A stretch of DNA of 64,000 nucleotides from an uncultured Candidatus Rokubacteria bacterium (GTDB lineage: Bacteria; Methylomirabilota; Methylomirabilia; Rokubacteriales; CSP1-6): contig CAVVEU010000004.1 of NCBI GenBank assembly GCA_963747235.1, positions 32,001-96,000 on the forward strand. The letters are read 5' to 3'. Shown one piece after another: positions 1 through 10,612 of this stretch. A program made the position numbers and the translations under genes. The notes beneath the pieces were generated by a model. The model was not told where the DNA came from and did not search any database. It worked only from the letters and a program-made list of their open reading frames with translations. Every line of letters starts with the position of its first letter. Position 1 is the stretch's first letter.

Positions 1-677
1 GCTGATGTTGAAGCTGTTGGACACCAGCGTGATCACGCGGCCGTGGAAGAGATCGTCCACCGCGCGCAGGCGATCGAGATTGATGTCGAGGATCGAGACG
101 TCGGCGCCCAGGCCCAGCGCCATGCGCGCGGCATTGACGCCGACGGTGCCCGCGCCCAGCACCACGATGTTGCCGGGCGGCACGCCGGGGACGCCGGCCA
201 GCAGGATGCCGCGGCCGCCGCGCGCCTTGGTGAGGAAGAACGCGCCTTCCTGTACCGACAGGCGCCCGGCGACCTCGCTCATCGGCGCGAGCAGGGGCAG
301 CGTGCCGTCGGCGCGCTGCACCGTCTCGTAGGCGATCGCGATGACGCCCGAGGCCTGGAGCGCCCGCGCCAGCTCGGGCGCGGGCGCCAGGTGGAGGTAG
401 GTGAAGAGGATCTGCCCCGGTCGGATCCGGGCGTACTCCTCCGGTACCGGCTCCTTCACCTTGAGGATCAGCTCGGCCTGCGCGCCACACTTCCTCGACC
501 GATCGCGAGCGTCGCGCCCTCGCGCGTGTACTCCTCGTCGCGGATGCTGCTGCCGAGGCCGGCGCCGCGCTCGACGATCACCTGATGCTTGCCCTCGACC
601 AGGGCGCGGGCGCCGGGCGGCGTGAGCGCCACGCGCTGCTCGCCCGACTTGATCTCGCGCGGCACGCCGACGATCAC
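1..677 (-). CDS. ald: Alanine dehydrogenase, N-terminal part (runs off window edge; frameshift near 490)
   Basis: MIVGVPREIKSGEQRVALTP start; after the frame change ILKVKEP, LFTYLHLA, AYETV, LLAPMSEVAGR and VLGAGTVG, all typical AlaDH motifs. Confidence 0.92.
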
Positions 678-711
678 GCCGCCGCGGCTCCGCGGCTCGG
701 CCGGGCGCGCG

Positions 712-1515
712 TCACGGCAGCGGGATCCGCGACGGCATCCCGGTCTGGACGGTGAGCCCGCCGTCGGCCACCAGCGCCGCGCCGGTGACGTAGGACGCGA
801 GATCGGAGGCGAGGAACATCACGCACCCCGCGATCTCCTCGGGCCGGCCGAGCCGCCGCATCGGGATCATCGCGGTGGTGGTCTCCCCGAAGCCGCGCAG
901 CCCCAGCGACGGGCGGAGCAGGGGGGTGTCGATCGCGCCGGGGCAGACGCAGTTGACCCGGATTCCGCGCGCCGCGTACTCGATCGCGGCCACCCGCGTG
1001 AGGTTGATCACACCCGCCTTGGCCGTGTTGTAGGCGCCGATGGCGAAGTCGGCGAAGAGGCCGGAGATGGACGCGGTGTTGACGATGACGCCGCCGCCGC
1101 GCGCGAGCAGCTCGGGGATGGCCCGCTTCATCGCGCGGAAGACGCCGGTGAGGCCGAGCTCGATGGTGTGCGTCCACACCGCCTCGTCGATGTCGGCGGT
1201 GAACGCCAGGCGGCTCCGGCCCGCGGGCAGCGCGGGCTGGCCGAAGGCATTGTTGTGGAGGATGTCGAGCCCGCCGAAGGTCTTGACGGTGCCGCCGATC
1301 ATCGCCTCGATGCCCGCCGGGGTGCCCGCGTCCGCCACGATGGCCGTCGCGGCGCCGCCCGCCTTCACGATCTCCGCGGTCACCGCCTCCGCCTTGCCGC
1401 CGTCGATGTCCGCCACCGCCACCCGCGCGCCCCGCTCGCCGAAGCCGAGCGCGGTGGCCCGCCCGATGCCGGATCCGGCGCCCGAGATGAGCACCACCTT
1501 CCCGTCGAATCGCAT
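712..1515 (-). CDS. Short-chain dehydrogenase/reductase
   Basis: SGAGSGIG, NNA, YNTAK (YxxxK), VCPGAIDT. Confidence 0.93.
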   Translation of the reverse strand: MRFDGKVVLISGAGSGIGRATALGFGERGARVAVADIDGGKAEAVTAEIVKAGGAATAIVADAGTPAGIEAMIGGTVKTFGGLDILHNNAFGQPALPAGRSRLAFTADIDEAVWTHTIELGLTGVFRAMKRAIPELLARGGGVIVNTASISGLFADFAIGAYNTAKAGVINLTRVAAIEYAARGIRVNCVCPGAIDTPLLRPSLGLRGFGETTTAMIPMRRLGRPEEIAGCVMFLASDLASYVTGAALVADGGLTVQTGMPSRIPLP

Positions 1516-1528
1516 GGGGCCCGCCGCC

Positions 1529-2737
1529 CTACTTCCGGATCAAGGGACAGCCACCCTCGGCGAGCGGGCGGAAGGCCTGCTCGCCCGGGATCGTGCCCAC
1601 GATCTTGGCGAGATCCCACTCGCCCTTCGATTCGTCCGGCGTCTTCACCTGCATGAGGTACATGTCGCGGATCACCCGGCCGTCCTCGCGGATGCGGCCG
1701 TTCTTCGTCATGAAGTCGTTGATCGGCAGCTCCTTCATCTTCGCCATGACCGCCTTGGCCTCGTCGGTGCCGGCCGCCTTGACCGCTTTCAGGTAGTGCA
1801 GGGTGGCGCCGTAGGTCCCGGCCTGGATCATGGTGGGCGGCATGCCCTTCGCGGCGGCGAAGCGGTCGCTGAAGACGCGCGCCTCCGGCGTCATGTCCCA
1901 GTAGAACGAGCTGGCCATCAGCAGGCCCTGCGCGGTCCGCAGGCCGATGGCGCGCACCTCCGGATACTGGATGAGGAGCGCGGCCACCCGCTGGCCGCCC
2001 TTCTCGAGCCCGAACTCGTTGGCCTGCTTGATGGCGTTGGTGATGTCGGCGCCGCCGTTCGCCATCACCACCACCTTCGCCTTCGAGCTCTGCGCCTGGA
2101 GCAGGTAGGAGGAGAAGTCGGCGTTGTTCAGCGGGTGCCGGGCCGAGCCCAGCACCTTGCCGCCCGCCGCCTTCACGAACTCGGTCGCGTTCTGCTCCAG
2201 CGCGTGGCCGAAGGCGTAGTCCACCGTGATGAAGAACCAGCTATCGCCGCCCTGCTTCACGATCGCGCTGGCGAGGGTCTTGCCCTGGCCGTAGGTGTCG
2301 TAGACCCAGTGCACGCTGTGGGCCGAGCACGCCTTCCCGGTCAGGTCGGACGTCGCGGCCGCCGTGGGCATCACCAGCCGGTTCGTCTGCTCGGCCAGCT
2401 TCACCACGCCGAGGGCGATCGCGGAGTGGGGGATGCCGATGATCATGTCCACCTGGTCCTGCTCGTACCACCGCCGCGCGATCCCGACGCCGACGTCCAC
2501 CTTGTTCTGCATGTCGGCCGAGATCACCTCGATCGGCTTGCCGAGCACGGAGCCGCCGAAATCCGCCACCGCCATCCGCACCGCCAGGAGGTCGCCCGGC
2601 CCGGTGTTGTCCGCGTAGGGGCCGGACATGTCGTCCAGCACCCCGATCTTGATCACGCCATCCTGGGCGCCACTTTGGCCCTGGGCCAGGACCACGACGG
2701 CAACGAGTGCAACCAACGCAGCATTGAGCCGGCGCAT
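1529..2737 (-). CDS. Branched-chain amino acid type ABC substrate-binding protein
   Basis: Signal peptide MRRLNAALVALV, IKIGVLDDMSGPY, DMQNKVDVG; GGAGGA RBS upstream. Confidence 0.92.
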   Translation of the reverse strand: MRRLNAALVALVAVVVLAQGQSGAQDGVIKIGVLDDMSGPYADNTGPGDLLAVRMAVADFGGSVLGKPIEVISADMQNKVDVGVGIARRWYEQDQVDMIIGIPHSAIALGVVKLAEQTNRLVMPTAAATSDLTGKACSAHSVHWVYDTYGQGKTLASAIVKQGGDSWFFITVDYAFGHALEQNATEFVKAAGGKVLGSARHPLNNADFSSYLLQAQSSKAKVVVMANGGADITNAIKQANEFGLEKGGQRVAALLIQYPEVRAIGLRTAQGLLMASSFYWDMTPEARVFSDRFAAAKGMPPTMIQAGTYGATLHYLKAVKAAGTDEAKAVMAKMKELPINDFMTKNGRIREDGRVIRDMYLMQVKTPDESKGEWDLAKIVGTIPGEQAFRPLAEGGCPLIRK

Positions 2738-2820
2738 CACTCGGGTCCTCCTCGATGGGGTTCGCGGCTGGGCCCGATCCTGCGCCCGGGCCGCCGTCGG
2801 GTCAAGCCTCCCGCAGTTCT

Positions 2821-2848
2821 TTGACCTCCCGCGCAGAATCCGTACACT
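2821..2848 (+). promoter_or_regulatory. sigma70-like promoter, probably giving a leaderless transcript
   Basis: TTGACC-16nt-TACACT; ATG 7 nt after the -10 element, no SD. Confidence 0.55.
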
Positions 2849-2855
2849 GGCCCCC

Positions 2856-3185
2856 ATGCTCTACGATCCGGGGGTCTGGCTGTTCGGGCTGGCGGTGGCG
2901 CTGTTCCTCGCGGGCGTCCTGGGCGTGGTCCTGTCCACCCGGCGCGTGCCGCCGAACGAGGCGCTCGACCTGCCCGGTCTCGGCGCCGATCCGGGGGCCG
3001 AGCGTCAGCTCATGCAGCTCGAGGCGGAGGTGGAGCGGCTCCGTGCCGAGCGCGATGAGCTTCAGACCGTCCTCGGCCGGCTCGCGTCGCTGCTGGAGCG
3101 GCGGTACCCGCAGCTCTCCCCGGAGCGCCGCGCGCAGCTCGTGACCACGCCGGACGACGGGGAGCATCGGGCCGGCGGCAGCTAG
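2856..3185 (+). CDS. Small membrane-anchored coiled-coil hypothetical protein
   Basis: N-terminal hydrophobic helix followed by heptad-like LEAEVERLRAERDELQ; adjacent to PspC-domain gene. Confidence 0.7.
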   Translation: MLYDPGVWLFGLAVALFLAGVLGVVLSTRRVPPNEALDLPGLGADPGAERQLMQLEAEVERLRAERDELQTVLGRLASLLERRYPQLSPERRAQLVTTPDDGEHRAGGS

Positions 3186-3189
3186 AGGC

Positions 3190-3420
3190 ATGCCCGTGCC
3201 GCTCCAGCGCTCGCGCGAGCACAAGATGATCGCCGGCGTCTGTGGCGGCATCGCGGAGTGGCTCGGCTGGGATCCGACCATCGTCCGCATCCTGTACGTG
3301 GTGGTGTCCTGCGTCTCGGTGGCGTTCCCCGGGATCCTCGCCTACATCGTGCTCTGGCTCATCATGCCGAAGGCGCCCGTGTCAGAGCTCCTCCGGGGTC
3401 AGGACGACCGCCGTCCGTAG
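3190..3420 (+). CDS. PspC domain protein
   Basis: LQRSREHKMIAGVCGGIAEWLGWDPTIVR signature plus TM helix. Confidence 0.9.
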   Translation: MPVPLQRSREHKMIAGVCGGIAEWLGWDPTIVRILYVVVSCVSVAFPGILAYIVLWLIMPKAPVSELLRGQDDRRP

Positions 3421-4252
3421 CGTCTCGCCCGGCTCCAGGACGAGCATCCCGCTGTCGGTCTGCCCCGCATCCGCCAGGTTGAACGCGTCGGTCACGTGGC
3501 TGACCGGCTCCACGCAGAAGAACGGCCGGCGCGCGGGTGTGAAGACCACGAGGTAGTCGAGCGGCGGCTCCGCTCGCATCACGAGCCGCGCCCCGAGCTC
3601 GGGCCACTCGATCGTCGCCCGCCGGCCCCAGCCCACGAAGCAGTTGTCCCGCCCATGCTCGAAGGGCGTCGCGGGGGGCGCCACCAGCTCGGTCGGGAGC
3701 TTCTCGTCGTCGGTGAGCCACATCGCGCGAACGTCCGCGGTGATCGTCGCGCGCGGGGTGCGGGGGAAGTAGGGGTGCCAGCCGAGCCCCGCCGGCATCG
3801 GGGAGGCGCTCTGGTTCGAGAGGCTCAGCTCGACGGTCAGGCTCGACGGCTCGAGGACGAACCGCTGCGTGGCGTGATAGGCCCACGGCCAGGCGCCGGC
3901 CGGATGCCGGTACTCGAGCTGCGCCTCCGCGGCCCGCACGTCGGTTGCCTGCCAGCGCGCCTGCCAGCCGTGACCGTGGATGGCGTGACGCTCGGGCGGC
4001 CGGTTGAGCGGCTCGACGACCGCGCGACCCCGAAACGAGAACCGGCCCCCGCGGATCCGGTTGGAATAGGGCACCAGCGGAAAGGCGGCGGCCCGGTACG
4101 GATGGCCAGCCCGCAGGACGCCGGCCGGAGTCGGGCGCAGCCACTCCCGCGTCACCGGGCCGCGCGCGAGCCAGTAGCGGGTGACCGCGCCACCGGCCTC
4201 CGGCGCCAGCTCGATCGCGGCGTCGCCCGCGCGCAGGGTGATCGAGATCCAT
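3382..4252 (-). CDS. Aldose 1-epimerase family protein (frameshift near start)
   Basis: FPLVPYSNRI, HAIHGHGW, GLGWHPYF, FFCVEPVSH; in-frame ITLRAGDAAIELAPEAGG upstream of the ORF-track start. Confidence 0.88.
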
Positions 4253-4305
4253 CGCTCTCGCGCCGGAGCCTAGCACGGGCGCCCACCTGTGCTAGGTTGT
4301 GCGCC

Positions 4306-5073
4306 ATGATCCGGTCCGCGACGTACCCGAGCCTCGAGGATCGCGTGGTGTTCGTGACGGGCGGCGGCAGCGGCATCGGCGCCGCCATCGTCGAGCACTT
4401 CTGCGCCCAGCGGGCCCGCGTGGCGTTCGTGGATATCCAGCGCGAGGCCTCGACCGCGCTCGTGGAGACGCTCCGGGCCCGCGGCCTGCCCGCGCCCGCG
4501 TTCATCCCGTGCGACCTGCGCGACATCGCGGCGCTGCGCGCGGCGGTGACGGAGGCGCAGGCGCGACTCGGGCCGATTCGCGTGCTGGTCAACAACGCGG
4601 CCCACGACGAGCGGCACACGATCGAGGCGGTCACGCCCGAGTACTGGGACGACCGCTTCGCGGTGAACCTGCGTCACCAGTTCTTCTCGGCCCAGGCGGT
4701 GGTGCCCGCGATGGAAGCGGCGGGCGGCGGCTCGATCATCAATCTCGGCTCGACGTCGTGGATGGTGGGCCAGGGCGGCATGCCGGCCTACCTGAGCGCC
4801 AAGTCCGCCGTCGTCGGGCTGACCCGCGCGCTCGCCCGCGACCTCGGGCCCCGGAGCATCCGGGTCAACTCGGTCGTGCCCGGCTGGATCATGACCGAGC
4901 GGCAGATCGCGCTCTGGCTCACGCCGGAGGGCGAGCAGGAGCTGCTGCGGCGGCAGTGTCTCAAGCGCAAGCTCCTGCCCGAGGACGTCGCGCGCGTCGT
5001 CCTGTTCCTGGCCGCCGACGATAGCGGCGCCTGCACCAACCAGAGCTACGTGGTGGACGGCGGCTGGGTGTAG
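4306..5073 (+). CDS. SDR, pentose (D-xylose-type) dehydrogenase-like
   Basis: ATYPSL...VTGGGSGIG, NNAAHDERH, AVNLRHQFF, QCLKRKL resemble Caulobacter XylB-type enzymes; divergent from aldose epimerase. Confidence 0.85.
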   Translation: MIRSATYPSLEDRVVFVTGGGSGIGAAIVEHFCAQRARVAFVDIQREASTALVETLRARGLPAPAFIPCDLRDIAALRAAVTEAQARLGPIRVLVNNAAHDERHTIEAVTPEYWDDRFAVNLRHQFFSAQAVVPAMEAAGGGSIINLGSTSWMVGQGGMPAYLSAKSAVVGLTRALARDLGPRSIRVNSVVPGWIMTERQIALWLTPEGEQELLRRQCLKRKLLPEDVARVVLFLAADDSGACTNQSYVVDGGWV

Positions 5074-5140
5074 GAGACACGCGGTCCGGGGTATAGTCCC
5101 GGTGACGTACGACCCGCTCTCTCAAGGAGGTGTCCGCACA

Positions 5141-6037
5141 ATGCCCGGCACAGTCGGATTCATCGGTCTCGGGGCCATGGGCGATCCGATGGCGCTCAAC
5201 CTCGTCAAGCGCGGCTTCTCCCTCGTGGTCCACGACATCGATCCCGTGAAGGCCGAGCGGTGGCGCACGCGCGGCGCCGCCCTGGCGCCCTCGCCCGCGG
5301 AGGTGGCGGCCAAGGCCGAGCGGACGATCTGCATGGTGGAGACCACCGCGCAGGCCGAGGCGGTCATCGCGGGCGAGCGCGGCATCATCCACCTGGCGCG
5401 GGCCGGGCACATCGTGGCCTGCATGAGCACCATCGATCCGTTCGTGGCGCGCCGGCTCGCCGAGCAGCTCGCGGCGCGCGGCATCGCGATGGTGGACGCG
5501 CCGGTGAGCGGCGGCACCGAGCGGGCCGCCTCCGGCGAGCTCTCCATCATCGTGGGCGGCGACGCGCAGACGGTGGCCGCCTGCCAGGACCTCTTCCGCG
5601 CGATGGGCAAGAACGTGTTCCACATGGGCGGGCTCGGGCAGGGGCTCGCGATGAAGCTCGTCAACAACATGCTGATCCAGGTCAACACGGTCGCGGTGGC
5701 CGAGGCGCTCGTGCTCGGGGTGAAGGCGGGGCTCGACCCGCAGGCGATCTACGACGTGGTGCGGGTGAGCACGGGCAACAGCTTCGCGTTCGAGATGCGC
5801 GTGCCGCGGATGCTCAAGCGCGATTTCTCGCCCGGCGGCACGGTGGACATCTCGTTCAAGGACCAGGAGCTCGAGACCGCGTTCGCCAAGCAGCTCGGCG
5901 TGCCGGTGCTCCTGGCCAACATCACCCAGCAGGTCTACCAGATGGCGCGGGCGGCCGGTCTCAACAAGGAGGACGGCTCCGCGGTCGTGAAGATCTACGA
6001 GCAGCTCGCCGGCGTGAAGGTCGGCGGGAAGGGATAG
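5141..6037 (+). CDS. Beta-hydroxyacid dehydrogenase (3-hydroxyisobutyrate DH family)
   Basis: GFIGLGAMG, DAPVSGG, KLVNN, FKDQ; AAGGAGG RBS. Confidence 0.92.
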   Translation: MPGTVGFIGLGAMGDPMALNLVKRGFSLVVHDIDPVKAERWRTRGAALAPSPAEVAAKAERTICMVETTAQAEAVIAGERGIIHLARAGHIVACMSTIDPFVARRLAEQLAARGIAMVDAPVSGGTERAASGELSIIVGGDAQTVAACQDLFRAMGKNVFHMGGLGQGLAMKLVNNMLIQVNTVAVAEALVLGVKAGLDPQAIYDVVRVSTGNSFAFEMRVPRMLKRDFSPGGTVDISFKDQELETAFAKQLGVPVLLANITQQVYQMARAAGLNKEDGSAVVKIYEQLAGVKVGGKG

Positions 6038-6041
6038 CGCG

Positions 6042-6725
6042 ATGGCGACCTACGTGCTGGTTCACGGAGCCTACCAGGGCGGCTGGATCTGGAAGCCGGT
6101 GGTCCAGCGCCTGCGCGCGGCCGGCCACGCGGTCCACGCGCCCACGCTCGACGGCTGCGCCGAGCGCGCCGATCAGATCCGCCCCGGCATCACGGTCGGG
6201 AGCCACGCCCGGGAGGTCGCCGGCCTGCTCTTCTACGAGGACCTCCGCGATGTCGTGCTGGTCGGCACGAGCTCGGGCGGCATGGTCATCTGCAAGGCGG
6301 CCGAGCTGGCCGCCGACCGCATCGCGCGCCTGGTCTTCGTGGACGCCCTCGCCCTGCTGCCGGGCGAGAAGGTGGGCGACATCGTGAGCCGGCCCCCGGG
6401 CGACGTGACCGCGGTGACGATCGCGCCGACGCGCGCCGACGCGGAGAGCCGCATGTTCTCGGACCTGGATCCGGCCACCCGCGCGTGGGCGCTCGCGCGC
6501 TACACGCCGCACCCGATCGCGGCGCTCGAGGCCCCGATGGAGCTGACCGATTTCTGGGATCGCAAGTGGCCCACCTCGGTGATCCGCTGCCGGCGCGCCA
6601 AGAACCCGCCCGAGCCGCACCAGCGCCGCACCGCCGAGCGCCTGAAGGGGAGCTACGCGGAGATGGACACCGGGCACTACCCGATGCTGAGCCAGCCGGA
6701 CGAGCTGGTGCGGCTGCTCGGCTGA
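6042..6725 (+). CDS. Alpha/beta hydrolase (methylesterase-like)
   Basis: VLVHGAYQGGW, GTSSGG nucleophile elbow, DTGHYPM. Confidence 0.88.
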   Translation: MATYVLVHGAYQGGWIWKPVVQRLRAAGHAVHAPTLDGCAERADQIRPGITVGSHAREVAGLLFYEDLRDVVLVGTSSGGMVICKAAELAADRIARLVFVDALALLPGEKVGDIVSRPPGDVTAVTIAPTRADAESRMFSDLDPATRAWALARYTPHPIAALEAPMELTDFWDRKWPTSVIRCRRAKNPPEPHQRRTAERLKGSYAEMDTGHYPMLSQPDELVRLLG

Positions 6726-7107
6726 TGGCCCGCCGGCCGGCCGCGCGACGCGGGGATCACCGTCGCGCCCAATCCGAACCGGGTGATCGTCCGGCTGGGC
6801 GGGGCGATCGTCGCCGACACGACCCGCGCGCTCGTCATGCGCGCGCCGGGGACGCCCGATCAGCAGTACATTCCTCGAGCCGACGTGGACATGACGCGCC
6901 TGGTCCGCACCGCGCACGTGACCCACTGCCCCTACAAGGGCGACGCGTCCTACTGGAGCATCCAGGGCGGCCCGCGCACCGTGGAGAACGCGGTGTGGAG
7001 CTACGAGACGCCGCACGACGACATGGCGCTCCATCTCGGGCTACCTCGCCTTCTACACGGATCGGGTGGACGCGATCGAGGAGCGGCCTCTCGACCCTCC
7101 GCGATGA
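6725..7107 (+). CDS. DUF427 family protein (two frameshifts)
   Basis: THCPYKGDASYW, NAVWSYETP, and YLAFYTDRVD in the shifted frame ending at TGA 7107. Confidence 0.8.
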
Positions 7108-7958
7108 CGCGCCGGGCCGCCCTGCTCGCCGCGCTGCTCCTGCTGCCGGCGCAGGGGGCGCGGGCGCAGGCGCCGCCGGTCGCCGAGACCATCGCGATTC
7201 CGCTGATCGAGAAGCGGCTGCTCGGCGCGCCCCGCGAGCTCTCGCTAGAAGCCTTCCTGTACCGGCCCGCGTCGCCCGGGCCTCTGCCGGTGCTCGTCTT
7301 CAACCACGGCTCGACGGGCGCGGGGCGCGTCTCGCCGGCCGATACCGAGTACTACCGCTACCCCGAGGTCGCGCGCTTCTTCGTGGCGCGGGGCTGGGCG
7401 GTGCTGATCCCGATGCGGCGCGGCCGCGGCGGCTCGGGCGGCGAGTATCTCGAGCGCTACGATTGCGATCGCGCCATCCTGACCGCGGGCGTGGAGCGGG
7501 CGGTCGAGGACCTGGACGCCGTGCTCGCCTTCGTCGCCGCGCAGCCTTGGGCAGACCCGGCGCGACTCCTGCTGGGCGGCATGTCCCGCGGCGGCCTGCT
7601 CGCCGTGGTGTATCCCTCGCGGCGCACGGTCGCCGCGCGCGGCGTGGTCAGCTTCGCGGGGGGCTGGACGGTCGAGCGCTGCGACGGCCGCACCCGCTTC
7701 AACGCGGACACGTTCGCGGAGGCCGGCCGGATCGCCCGGCTGCCGATGCTCTGGTTGTACTCCGAGAACGACCGCAACTACGGCCCCGCGTCCGTGCGCT
7801 CCTACCACCAGGGGTTCGTCCGGGCGGGTGGGACCGCGACGCTCGAGATGTTCCCGCCCATCGGCCGCGACGGGCACATCCTGCTGCCGGGCGAAGTCCG
7901 CGCGTGGGGGTCCGCGGTGAGCGAATTCCTGACGCGGCTCGGCCTCGGCGAGCGCTGA
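7104..7958 (+). CDS. Secreted dienelactone-hydrolase-like alpha/beta hydrolase
   Basis: Signal peptide MTRRAALLAALL, VFNHGS, MRRGRGGSGG, GMSRGG, GRDGH. Confidence 0.82.
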   Translation: MTRRAALLAALLLLPAQGARAQAPPVAETIAIPLIEKRLLGAPRELSLEAFLYRPASPGPLPVLVFNHGSTGAGRVSPADTEYYRYPEVARFFVARGWAVLIPMRRGRGGSGGEYLERYDCDRAILTAGVERAVEDLDAVLAFVAAQPWADPARLLLGGMSRGGLLAVVYPSRRTVAARGVVSFAGGWTVERCDGRTRFNADTFAEAGRIARLPMLWLYSENDRNYGPASVRSYHQGFVRAGGTATLEMFPPIGRDGHILLPGEVRAWGSAVSEFLTRLGLGER

Positions 7959-7965
7959 CGAGGAG

Positions 7966-8939
7966 GTGACGGAGATGGAGAAGAAGTCGATTCCCGTGGC
8001 GAGCCTGCAGAACGTGCTCCCGCCGAACCTGGATCGGACCTACTTCGACGATGCGGCCACGAACCCGTTTCAGCCGCAGGCGCCGGCGTTCGAGCCGGTC
8101 AACGCGTGGTGGCTGGCCGAGACCGCGCTCCTGACCTACGCCGACGAGGAGTTCGCCCGCGGACAGTTCGAGCGGGCCGGCCTTGGCCAGGTCGCGTTCG
8201 TCTCGAACGCCGGGAGCCAGTGCTATCTGGTCGAGGGTCGCGACTTCGTGATCGCGGCATTTCGAGGGACCCAGGTGCCGAAGCCGGGCGCCACCCCGGA
8301 TCTCGTGCGGGGATTCGAGGAGACGGTCCGGGACTTCCTGGCCGATGTGAACATTCCGATTTGCCGAGGCCGGCCCGGGTCGACTCGTCCACGCCGGCTT
8401 CAAGGGGGCGCTCGATTCGATCTGGAGCGACCTCGAGCCCCGGCTCCTGGCGCACGCGCAGCGCCCGCCGCCCCATCTGGATGACGGGACACAGCCTCGG
8501 CGCCGCGCTGGCCACGCTGGCCGCGGACCGGCTCCGCACCGTGCAGGGCCTCTACGTCTTCGGATCTCCCGCCGTCGGCGATCGCGCGTTTGCCGACACG
8601 TTCCCCGTCAACGCGTTTCGAATCGTCCACCACCGCGACATCGTGGCCCGGGTGCCGCCCTTCGGGAGCCGGCCCGACAAGGGGCAGGCCGACTACGTCC
8701 ACGTGGGGGCGCTCAAGTACATCGACGGCGACGGGCGACTCCGGGACGAGGCGGACGGCACGGAATCCCTGCGCGGCCTCACGCGGGAGGCGATTCGCGC
8801 GCTCTTTCGCCTCCCGTTGCCGGCACGGCTCGCGGGGCTGTTCGACGCCGCTCGAGAGCCGTTCGACGACCATGCGCCCTTGTACTATGCGCTTCGTGCC
8901 TGGAACTGTTACGTGGACAGCCGGGCTGTCACCCAGTAA
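7966..8939 (+). CDS. Lipase class 3 family protein (frameshifted ~8360-8460)
   Basis: IAAFRGT, WMTGHSLGAALA, FGSPAVGD, RIVHHRDIVARVP, DHAPLYY. Confidence 0.85.
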
Positions 8940-9005
8940 GGGCACAAATCGTTTGACGGTAGCGATGGGCCCCCGTCATCCTCGACCCCGGCAAGGGGAG
9001 GTGCG

Positions 9006-9876
9006 ATGAAGGGTTTCGATGGCCTCTGGAACGCCGCGGTCGACCGGATCCAGGGTGAGCGGCTGGTCGACCAGCTCCGCGCGCTCGACTTCCCCGCCGC
9101 GCTCGCGGTGCTCGGGGTCGGGCAGGCGCCGTCTCCCGGCCCCCCGCCGGACCTGCTCGACCAGGTGGCCGGGCAGGTGGGTGGCGCCGATGGCGAGCGG
9201 CTCCGGCACGCGCTCCAGCAGCTCTTCGTGGCCCGCAAGCCCCCGGTGGACGCGGGGAGCCGGGACGTCCTGATCCGCGCGCTCCAGGTGGGCGGCGGCA
9301 TCGCGCGCCCGGGCCTGCCCGTCACGCCGGAGGAGGCCGCGAAGGTCCTCGAGCTGCTCCGGAGCGGCGAGTTCTTCAGCGACGCGGCCGGCACCACCAG
9401 CGCGGTGGTCCAGCTCACGCAGGAGCTCCCGCAGGCGCTCGTGCGCGACATTCCGAGGACGCCGAGCCGGCTCGGCGAGCTCGGGCGAGGCCCTGGCGCG
9501 GGACGGGGCCGACGCGTTCGGCCACATCAGCCAGCTCGCGGCCGACCTCCTCGACGGCCATCTCGACCGGCCGCCGAGTCCGCTGACCAATACGTTGAGA
9601 TGGCTCTACGGCAATGCGGCGGCCGCCGCGGTGGCGGAGACGGTGCGGCGGATCATCGCGCGCGACAACGAGACCGCGCGGCTCGCCATCCTCATCTACG
9701 CGCGCGCCCACGGCATCCCGCTGACCCCCGAAGGCCTCGACGCGCTCCACGACGGCCCGCTCAACCCGCGGGATCCCGATCTCGGTCCCGCGCTGGCCGC
9801 CGGCGTGGAGACGCTGACCGCGCAGCGCGGCGGCGAGCAGGGCGTGGTCGGCGTGCTCCGGCGCCTGCGTCTCTGA
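9006..9876 (+). CDS. Hypothetical helical protein (frameshift ~9490)
   Basis: GGGGAGG RBS; coding-like GC3 bias in two consecutive frames (9006.. and 9595..9876). Confidence 0.6.
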
Positions 9877-10608
9877 TCAGCCCTCGCGGAGCAGTCGCCC
9901 GAAACCCGGCACCGGATCGCTCACGCCCGCCAGGCGCAGCGCCCGCCAGAGACACGCCTGGTTGCTGCTGATCACCGGCTTGCCCAGCTCGCGCTCGAGG
10001 CGCTCGAGCACCCCCACCGTCGGCAGGCCCGTCCCGCTGATCAGCACCGCCTGCGCCTCCGGCGTGTCGGCCTGGCGCGCGAGCTCGGCCGCGCGCTCCT
10101 CGCTCTCCGCATAGATGTCGACCACGCCGGCCAGGCGGTGATAGCCGACGAGCTCGAAGCCCGCCGCCTCCCAGTACGCGCGGCCCTGCCGGCTGATCGA
10201 TTCCGGGTAGGGCGTGCCGAGCGCGAGCCGGGTCACGCCCAGGTGGTGGAGCGCGGCCCGCACCGCCTGCGCGGCCAGGAGCGCGGGCGCGCGGCAGAGT
10301 GAGGCGACGCGGTCCACCAGCGGCTGCTCGCGCCCCCAGCCGAGCGCGTAGCTCGACGCGGTGTGGGCCAGCAGCACGATCGCGGGGCGCACCTCGCCGA
10401 GCGCCTGGGCCGGGCCGTCCAGCCCCTCGCGATAGGCGCGCGTGCGCTCCTCCATGCCGCCGGCGCCACCCGGCGGGCCGTCTGACGGCGGCGCTTGCAT
10501 CCGGGCGAAGTGGATGCTGACGCCGGGCGGCGCCATCCGGTAGAGCTCGGGCTCCACCGTCGGGTTCCCCGGCGGAACCAGCACGCCGATGCGCGCGCGT
10601 CGGCTCAT
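9877..10608 (-). CDS. Maleate isomerase / arylmalonate decarboxylase (Asp/Glu racemase superfamily) protein
   Basis: [35 protein letters not shown]; usual Cys positions replaced (HTASS, GTGL). Confidence 0.85.
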   Translation of the reverse strand: MSRRARIGVLVPPGNPTVEPELYRMAPPGVSIHFARMQAPPSDGPPGGAGGMEERTRAYREGLDGPAQALGEVRPAIVLLAHTASSYALGWGREQPLVDRVASLCRAPALLAAQAVRAALHHLGVTRLALGTPYPESISRQGRAYWEAAGFELVGYHRLAGVVDIYAESEERAAELARQADTPEAQAVLISGTGLPTVGVLERLERELGKPVISSNQACLWRALRLAGVSDPVPGFGRLLREG

Positions 10609-10612
10609 CACG

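Noticed and set aside
6783-7958. DUF427-hydrolase fusion
   Set aside because: The DUF427 C-terminus is in a shifted frame with its own stop, and the hydrolase has its own signal peptide
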